A stretch of 64,000 nucleotides of DNA, from positions 44,516,001 through 44,580,000 of the forward strand of contig OX597828.1 in NCBI GenBank assembly GCA_951406725.2. The letters are read 5' to 3'. The notes under the pieces were generated by a model, which was not told the DNA's origin, ran no database searches, and worked only from the letters and a program-made list of their open reading frames with translations. This stretch comes from Octopus vulgaris (Eukaryota). Position numbers and translations under genes: made by a program. This document shows positions 53,652-62,058 of this stretch, in pieces (positions within the stretch are counted from its first letter, which is position 1; each line of letters opens with the position of its first letter).

Positions 53652-56600
53652 ACAGACCTCCACACAGTTTCTGTCTACCAAATCCACTCACAAGGCTTTG
53701 GTCAGTTTGGGATTATAGCGGCAAGCTGGCAGAAACGTTAGCATGTCGGGCGAAATGCTTAGCGGTATTTCGTCTGCGTTACGTTGTGAGTTCGAATTCC
53801 GCCGAGGTCGACTTTGCCTTTCATCCTTTCGGGGTCGATAAATTAAGTACCAGTTACGCACTGGGGTCGATGTAATCGACTTAATACCTATGTCTGTCCT
53901 TGTTTGTCCCCTCTGTGTTTAGCCCCTTGTGGGTAATAAAGAAATAAGTATTTCATCTGCCATTATGTTCTGAGTTCAAATTCCGCCGAGGTCTACTTTG
54001 CTTTTCATACTTTCGGGGTCGATAAATTAACCCTTTAGTGTTCAGATTATTCTGTCAAATGTGATGTTTGTTTATTTTAAATGGTTTGAATTAATCATGC
54101 ATTATCTTGTAGTTTAGAGATTTCGGTGATGCTATTTTTTAGTTTTAGAACGACATGGTAGGGCTGAGATGAAAGGTGAGATCTGGTCAGTTTCAATATA
54201 TAACAGGTTAAATATTTTGGCCAGATATGGCCGGTTTGAATGCTAAAGGGTTAAGTACCAGTTACACACTGGAGTCGATGCAATCGACTTAATACCTATG
54301 TCTGTCCTTGTTTGTCCCCTCTATGTTTAGCCCCTTGTGGGTAATAAAGAAATAGGTATTTCATCTGCCATTATGTTCTGAGTTCAAATTCCGCCGAGGT
54401 CGACTTTGCCTTTCATCCTTTCGGGGTCGATAAATTAAGTACCAGTTACACACTGGAGGTCGATGTAATCGGCTTAATCCCTTTGTCTGTCCTTGTTTGT
54501 CCCCTCTATGTTTAGCCCTTGTGGGCAATAGAGAAATAAGTTTGGGGTTATAGTTGAAGACATTTGCCCAAGATATCCATCCATGCTGTGGGACTGAACT
54601 GGAACCATGTGTTTGGGAAGCAACCTTTCTACCACACGGCCACACCCATTTGTTTTTATTATTGTGAGAGGTAACACCTGCTTAAATATGCACACCTGTA
54701 CCTGAAGAAAGAGACTACCACTTCTATTTCTAGGCTTGGCAAAAAGCTCGAACCGAAGGCTGGGAGAAGACCTTTTGTGAGAAACACTTTCTGTCTTCAG
54801 CATCAATGGAAATGATAATTGGAATGAGGTCAGTCTTTGAGCATTCTCTTTCTCTCTCTTTTTCACTCTGACTCTCTCTTTTTCTCTCTTTTTCACTCTT
54901 TCTCTCTCTTTTTTTCTCTGACTCTCTCTTTCTCTTTCTTTTTTTCTCTGACTCTCTCTTTCTCTTTCTCTCTGACTCTCTCTTTCTCTTTCTTTGACTC
55001 TCTCTTTCTCTTTCTCTCTCACTCTCTCTTTCTCTCTGACTCTCTCTTTCTCTCTGACTCTCTTTCTCTTTCTCTCTGACTCTCTCTTTCTCTTTCTTTG
55101 ACTCTCTCTTTCTCTCTCTTTTTCTCTCTGACTCTCTCTTTCTCTTTCTTTGACTCTCTCTTTCTCTTTCTCTCTGACTCTCTCTTTCTCTTTCTTTTTC
55201 TCTCTCTTTCTCTTTCTCTCTGACTCTCTCTTTCTCTTTCTCTCTGACTCTCTCTTTCTCTTTCTCTCTGACTCTCTCTTTCTCTTTCTCTCTGACTCTC
55301 TCTTTCTCTTTCTTTTTCTCTCTGACTCTCTCTTTCTCTTTCTCTCTGACTCTCTCTTTCTCTTTCTCTCTGACTCTCTCTTTCTCTTTCTCTCTGACTC
55401 TCTCTTTCTCTTTCTTTTTCTCTCTGACTCTCTCTTTCTCTCTCTATCTCTCACTCTCGTTTTAAATTTTTCTCATAATTTTATTTAATCTTTCCTTTTC
55501 ATTTTTAATGATGATAATGAGGAGTGGCTGTGCATTATTGCTTATGGAGATACATGACAAATGAGGTTATGCCAGTCTGCTTAAATATGTAAAGATATTT
55601 AAGCGTGATCGTCATCCAAGTGTGATCATTGCCATCCGAGCATGATCTTTGCCCAGCTGAGTGTGATTGTTGCCCATCTGGACGTGATCGTTGCCTATCC
55701 GAGCGTGATCGTTGCCCATCTGAGTGTGATCGTTGCCAGGGCTGTTGACTGACTCCCGTACTGGTGGCACATAAAAAGCACCATTCGAGTGTGATCATTA
55801 CCAGTGTCACCTTACTGGCACTTGTGCCGGTGGCACGTGAAAAACAACATTCAGGAAAAGTCGTTGCCACTACTGCTGGACTGGCTCCTGTGCAGGTGAC
55901 ATGTAAAAAACACCATTTGAGCATTGCTGTCGCCAGTACTGCCTGACTGGCCCTCGTGCCGGTGGCATGTATAGGCACCTACTACACTCGGAGTGGTTGG
56001 CGTTAGGAAGAGCATCCAGCTGTAGAGACTCTGCCAGATCACACTGGAACCTTGTGCAGCCATCTGGCTTGCCAATCCTCAGTCAAACCGTCCAACCCAT
56101 GCCAGCATGGAATGCGGACGTCAAACAATAATGATGATGATGATGATGATTTAAATCCCTATCTCTATTCCTTTTATTAAAAAAAATGAATTCCATTAAT
56201 CCCTTAAAATTTCTAAATACTGATTTCAGTTTTCTTTTTGTCTTCATTTTCTGCTTTTTCTAAAACAATTTTTTTCTAGAGCCCAACTTCTTGGACAATT
56301 GCGTGCTTCAGGGTTTGTGAGAGCACGAGGCGGAGGTGACATAAGAGACTTGAATATAAATTCCGAGAAATGGTGTGTTGTGAAGGCTGCCCTCTGTGCA
56401 GGTTTATATCCAAATGTACTTAGGATTGATCGTGTTACAGGACAGTTATTATCAGCGTAAGTAGTAGCTGCTGCTTGTGGCTGCACGTTGTCTTATTCCA
56501 CTTCATTTTGTCTGTAGATCCAGACTTTTTTGTTTTATGTTAGATTTTATTATATTTTCTTGGAACTGGTGTTGGAGGCAGTCTAGTTTGGAGAAGGGTA

Positions 56601-56772
56601 TTTCCAAAACAGATTTTCTGAATTGAGGCTGGAGGCAGCCTTCCCTCTCTTTACATTCTGTGTTCAGATTCCGCCAAAGCTGACTTTCGGGGTTGATAGA
56701 ATATAGTACCAGTCAAGTACTTGAGTCACTGTAACTGAAACTGCTGGTTTTGTGCCAAAATCTGAAGTCCTG

Positions 56773-56816
<44 letters not shown>

Positions 56817-58087
56817 GTAAGACAGTGAGCTGGCAGAATTGTTAGCATGCCAGGCAAAATGCATGCTAATCAACTATCAACTACCAGATGTAATCAACTA
56901 TCTCCCTCCCCATCAAATTCCAGGCCTTGTGCCTGTACAAGAAAGGATTATTATTATCATTATTATTATTATTATTATTATTAAGGCAGCAAGCTGGCAG
57001 AATCATTAGCATACCAGACAAAATGCTTTGCAGTATTTCTTGTGGCTCCTACATTCTGAGTTCAAATTCCACCAAGGTCTACTTTACATTTCAACCTTTT
57101 AGGGTCAGTAATATTAAGTGCCAATTAAGCACTGGGGTCGATGTAATCGATTAACCCACCCCTCAAAATTTAAGGCCTTGTCCCCAAAATTAGACAATTA
57201 TTCTTATAGTTGTTGTTATTTACCAGGGCTGCAGAGTTGAAACACAAAACTTCGACTCTGACTTCGACTCCTCTACTATTAGCACCTCTGACTCTCTGAC
57301 TCTTCTTTATGTAATTAAGTGGTTCTGGTCTACATATCTCATAAAGCATATGCATACGCTTGTACTTTGAGTAGGCCTATATGTTATGGCTATATGTTAA
57401 GGCGGCGAGCTGGCAGAAACGTTAGCATGCTGGGCGAAATGCGTAGCCGTATTTCGTCTGTCAAATTCCGCCGAGGTCGACTTTGCCTTTCATCCTTTCG
57501 GGGTCGATAAATTAAGGACCAGTTATGCACTGGGATCGATGTAATCGACTTAATACCTATGTCTGTCTTTGTTTGTCCCCTCTGTGTTTAGCCCCTTGTG
57601 GGTAGTAAAGAAATATAAATATATGTTATGACTGGTTTATTATATTAAAGAATTAAGATATTGTGTGTTGGAGTTGGTATACTTTTGCCAACTCTGACTC
57701 TAGCTGCCCCTTAATTGCTTCCAATTCTAACTCCATGACTTTGACTCCACAGCTCTTGTTATTATTATTATTATTATTATTGTTGTTGTTATTGTTTTTA
57801 TTTCAGAAAAGAGATGAAAATTCGATTGCACAATTTGTCCGTGTTCAGTCCTAATTTGTCGGCGAGCCAGCGTAACACTGACCTCTCTTCATTCCCTTCG
57901 GACTGGATTATCTACGAGGAGATGTCACGTAACAGTAGTTTGGCCTTTGTACGCTGTTGTACAGTCATCTCGCCCATCACCGTCGCCTTATTTGCAGGGC
58001 CTGCCAAGTTGTCCCCAGAGGTCATTAAAGAAGCAGAAAGTGGACAGATTGGTGAGGGTCATTAGTTTTTATTTGTTTTACAGTTGA

Positions 58088-58119
<32 letters not shown>

Positions 58120-61100
58120 CTAACTTCTTCATGCATATGTGCAACTCATCCAACCCATGCCAGCATGGACAATGGATGTTAAATGATGATGATGGTGATG
58201 TGTATGTGTGTGTACATGTGTGTGTGTTTTACTGCTATAGAACTTTACTTTTGGTCTTGCTGCAAATATTAACCCATCAGTGAATTAAATAAATTAAAAT
58301 TAATTTTTTGGACAATTTACTTCATTAATTAACTCTTTAGAGAGGAAAGTAGATACAGTATGGCTAAACAATTATGAAGTTCTCTTTGCAATTACCAGAT
58401 TCAACCCCAGTGCTCAAAATCTCAAACATGAGCCTTTTTTTTTTTTATTTGAGTTGGCCCAAGGCTTGTTCGTGAAACTGGTAAATAAAACCTGTGCAGA
58501 AACCTGCTGTTTGTATTGTACCTGTTGAAGAAAAGGAGGGCAATATTGGGCTGGCCAAAGGGGGCAATGGATGTAAAAAAAACCCCAAAAAATCCCAGAA
58601 AAATAGGTTTTTTAGGTTAAGAATAATTATTCTTTTCAGTCATTTGACTGTGGCCATGCTTGAGCACTGCTTTTAGTTGAGCAAATTGACCCCAGAACTT
58701 ATTCTTTGTAAGCCTAGTTCTTATTCTATCAGTCTCTCTTGCCAAACCGCTAAGTGACAGGGACGTAAACACACCAGCATCAGTTGTCAAGCGATGTTGG
58801 GGGACAAACATATACATATATATATATATAGTAGAAGACACTTGCCCAAGGTGCCACGCAGTGGGACTGAACCCGGAACCATGTGGTTGGTAAGCAAGCT
58901 ACTTACCACACAGCCATTCCTGCGCCTAATTAGGTTAAGTTTTATTAGTGAAATCCAGTTGTTTTGAATTTGCTGTAGAATATGGTTTAAATTTGTGGTG
59001 ATGAGTTGGTGGGTGTGGTGCTAGGCATATGGCCTGGGTGCCAAGGGGGCGGCACCCTAAAATAAATTTGGGAACCGCTGATTTAAAGGAAGCTGGCAGA
59101 ATTGTTAAACCATTGGAAAAACTGCCCTGTGAGTATTTAGTCTGCCTATTTATGTTCTGAGTTCAGACTCTGTTGAGGTCAGCTTTGCCTTTCATCTTTT
59201 CGGGGTCAATAAAATGATGTACCCGTCTAGAACTCTGGAGATGACGTCGATTCTCCTTTAAATATTTGTCAATGAATTCCTCCACTCACAAGAATTTGGT
59301 TTACCTGGGGCCATAGAAGAAGACACTTGCCCAAGGTGCCAGGCAGTGGGGACTGAACCTGAAAACAAGTGGTCTGGAAGCAAAGTTCTTAACCACACAG
59401 CCATGTCTGCACCCATACAATAATTATTTAATATTATTCTGTTATTTAAGGCAGTGAACTGGCAAAAGTGTTAGCACTCCAGGCAAAATATTTCATGGCA
59501 TTTCGTCCATCCTTACATTCTGAGTTCAAGTTCTGCTGAGGGTGATTTTTGCCTTTCATCCCTTTCGGTGTCAATAAAGTAAGTCCCACTTGAACACCAT
59601 CGTCTATGTAATTGGTTTAAACCCCTCCCCCAAAATTGCTGGCTTTGTGCCAAAATTTGAAACCGATATTATTGTTTGTTTTTTTTTTCCATATAGATGA
59701 GAGAAAATGCCATGATTTCACCAGGCCCCATGATCTTGATAATGTCAGTGACAGTGGAGAGGAGGAGAATGAGGAAATGAAGAAATCTTCGCTTCGTCTC
59801 GATGAATGGTTATCTTTCCAAGTTGATTCTGAGGTAGGATTTCTTTTCCCCATACAATTTTGATGACTCCTTATGTTGTCCCATGTCCTGAGATTGACCT
59901 AAAACAGTCTAAACACACACATGCATACACACCATATTTATGAAGTCTAGTATCAAGTGTGGCTGTCAGTTTGAGCTAGAAAAGGGCAACATACTCACTG
60001 ACAGGACTTGAGCCACTGGACAACTCTACTAAATGCACTCTGAATGCCTGTTAAATAGCATATTTTGCTGGTGCTATCTGACTGCTGGGCAACTCTATTA
60101 CCAAACACACAAAGTGCCTGTTGAATAGCATATTTAACTAGTGCTGACTTCTGGACTACCTTATTATCAAATGTATACAGTGTGTCTGCTCAATAGCATA
60201 TTCTGCTTGTTCTGACTGCTAGACAACTGTATTACCAAATGCACACAGAATTCCTGTTAAATAGCATATTCTGCTTGTTCTGACTGTATTACCAAATGCA
60301 CACAAGAATTCCTGTTAAATAGCATATTCTGCTTGTTCTGACTGTATTACCAAATGCACACAGAATTCCTGTTAAATAGCATATTCTGCTTGTTCTGACT
60401 GTATTACCAAATGCACACAGAATTCCTGTTAAATAGCATATTCTGCTTGTTCTGACGACTAGACTGCTGTATTTCGAAATGCACACAGAATTCCTGTTAA
60501 ATAGCATATTCTGCTTGTTCTGATGACTAGACTGCTGTATTTCGAAATGCACACAGAATTCCTGTTAAATAGCATATTCTCCTTGTTCTGACTGTATTAC
60601 AGCTGTATTACCAAATACACTCAGAATTCCTGTTAAATAGCATATTCTGCTTGTTCTGACTGTATTACCAAATGCACACAGAATTCCTGTTAAATAGCAT
60701 ATTCTGCTTGTTCTGACTGTATTACCAAATGCACACAGAATTCCTGTTAAATAGCATATTCTGCTTGTTCTGACGACTAGACTGCTGTATTTCGAAATGC
60801 ACACAGAATTCCTGTTAAATAGCATATTCTCCTTGTTCTGACTGTATTACAGCTGTATTACCAAATACACTCAGAATTCCTGTTAAATAGCATATTCTGC
60901 TTGTTCTGACTGTATTACCAAATGCACACAGAATTCCTGTTAAATAGCATATTCTGCTTGTTCTGACTGTATTACCAAATGCACACAGAATTCCTGTTAA
61001 ATAGCATATTCTGCTTGTTCTGACGACTAGACTGCTGTATTTCGAAATGCACACAGAATTCCTGTTAAATAGCATATTCTGCTTGTTCTGACGACTAGAC

Positions 61101-62013
61101 TGCTGTATTTCGAAATGCACACAGAATTCCTGTTAAATAGCATATTCTCCTTGTTCTGACTGTATTACAGCTGTATTACCAAATACACTCAGAATTCCTG
61201 TTAAATAGCATATTCTAACAATGCTGACTGTTTGACAACTGTATTAGCAAACGCACACAAAGTGCCTGTTGAATAGCATATTCTGCTAGTGCTGACTGCT
61301 GGGAAGTTGGTATTACCAAATGCAATCAGAATACCTGTTGGATAACATACCTTGTGAATGCTCTTTGACTTCTCAGGAAACCCTTGTCATCATTATCGTT
61401 ATCATCAATTTGTAACTTATCCTCTAATGTTGTTGATTTTGCTTCCAGAGTTCTTCCTTAGTTCTTCAGTTGAGACAGAAGTGGTACAGTTTGTTTATCA
61501 GACGAATGCGAGCTCCGTCAAAACCTTGGACTCAAACTGATGAGGTAAATATTTCTGTAGATGTTGTTGTCGTCTTATTAACACATATTTACACAACCAC
61601 AGACTTGCCCACACTTCTCTCATTCTTCCTTTGTACCATTGAATGCTCACTACTTCTACATTTGTAACTGCATGTATATTATTTCTCTCACCCACCTCTG
61701 ACTAATGTATGTAGCCATGTATCTGCTAGACTACAAGAAACCTAGGGTCAATGTAATTGGTTAACATCCTCCCCCAAGATTTCAGGCCTTGTACAGAAAG
61801 TATTATTACTCTTATTTTTTGGATAAAGTGGTGATGAGTTTATCCAAAGGCGCAGGAGTGGCTGTGTGGTAAGTAGCTTGTTTACCAACCACATGGTTCC
61901 GGGTTCAGTCCCACTGCGTGTCACCTTGGGCAATTGTCTTCTACTATAGCCTCAAGCCGACCAAAGCCTTGTGAGTGGATTTGGTAGACGGAAACTGAAA
62001 GAAGTCCGTCATA

Positions 62014-62058
<45 letters not shown>

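Noticed and set aside
54474-55454. 326-aa Lys/Arg/Glu-rich ORF on the - strand
   Set aside because: Translation of the (CT)-rich microsatellite, antisense to a real exon.
60289-61120. Repeated ORFs ([17 protein letters not shown])
   Set aside because: Artefact of a 57-bp tandem unit that is a multiple of three.
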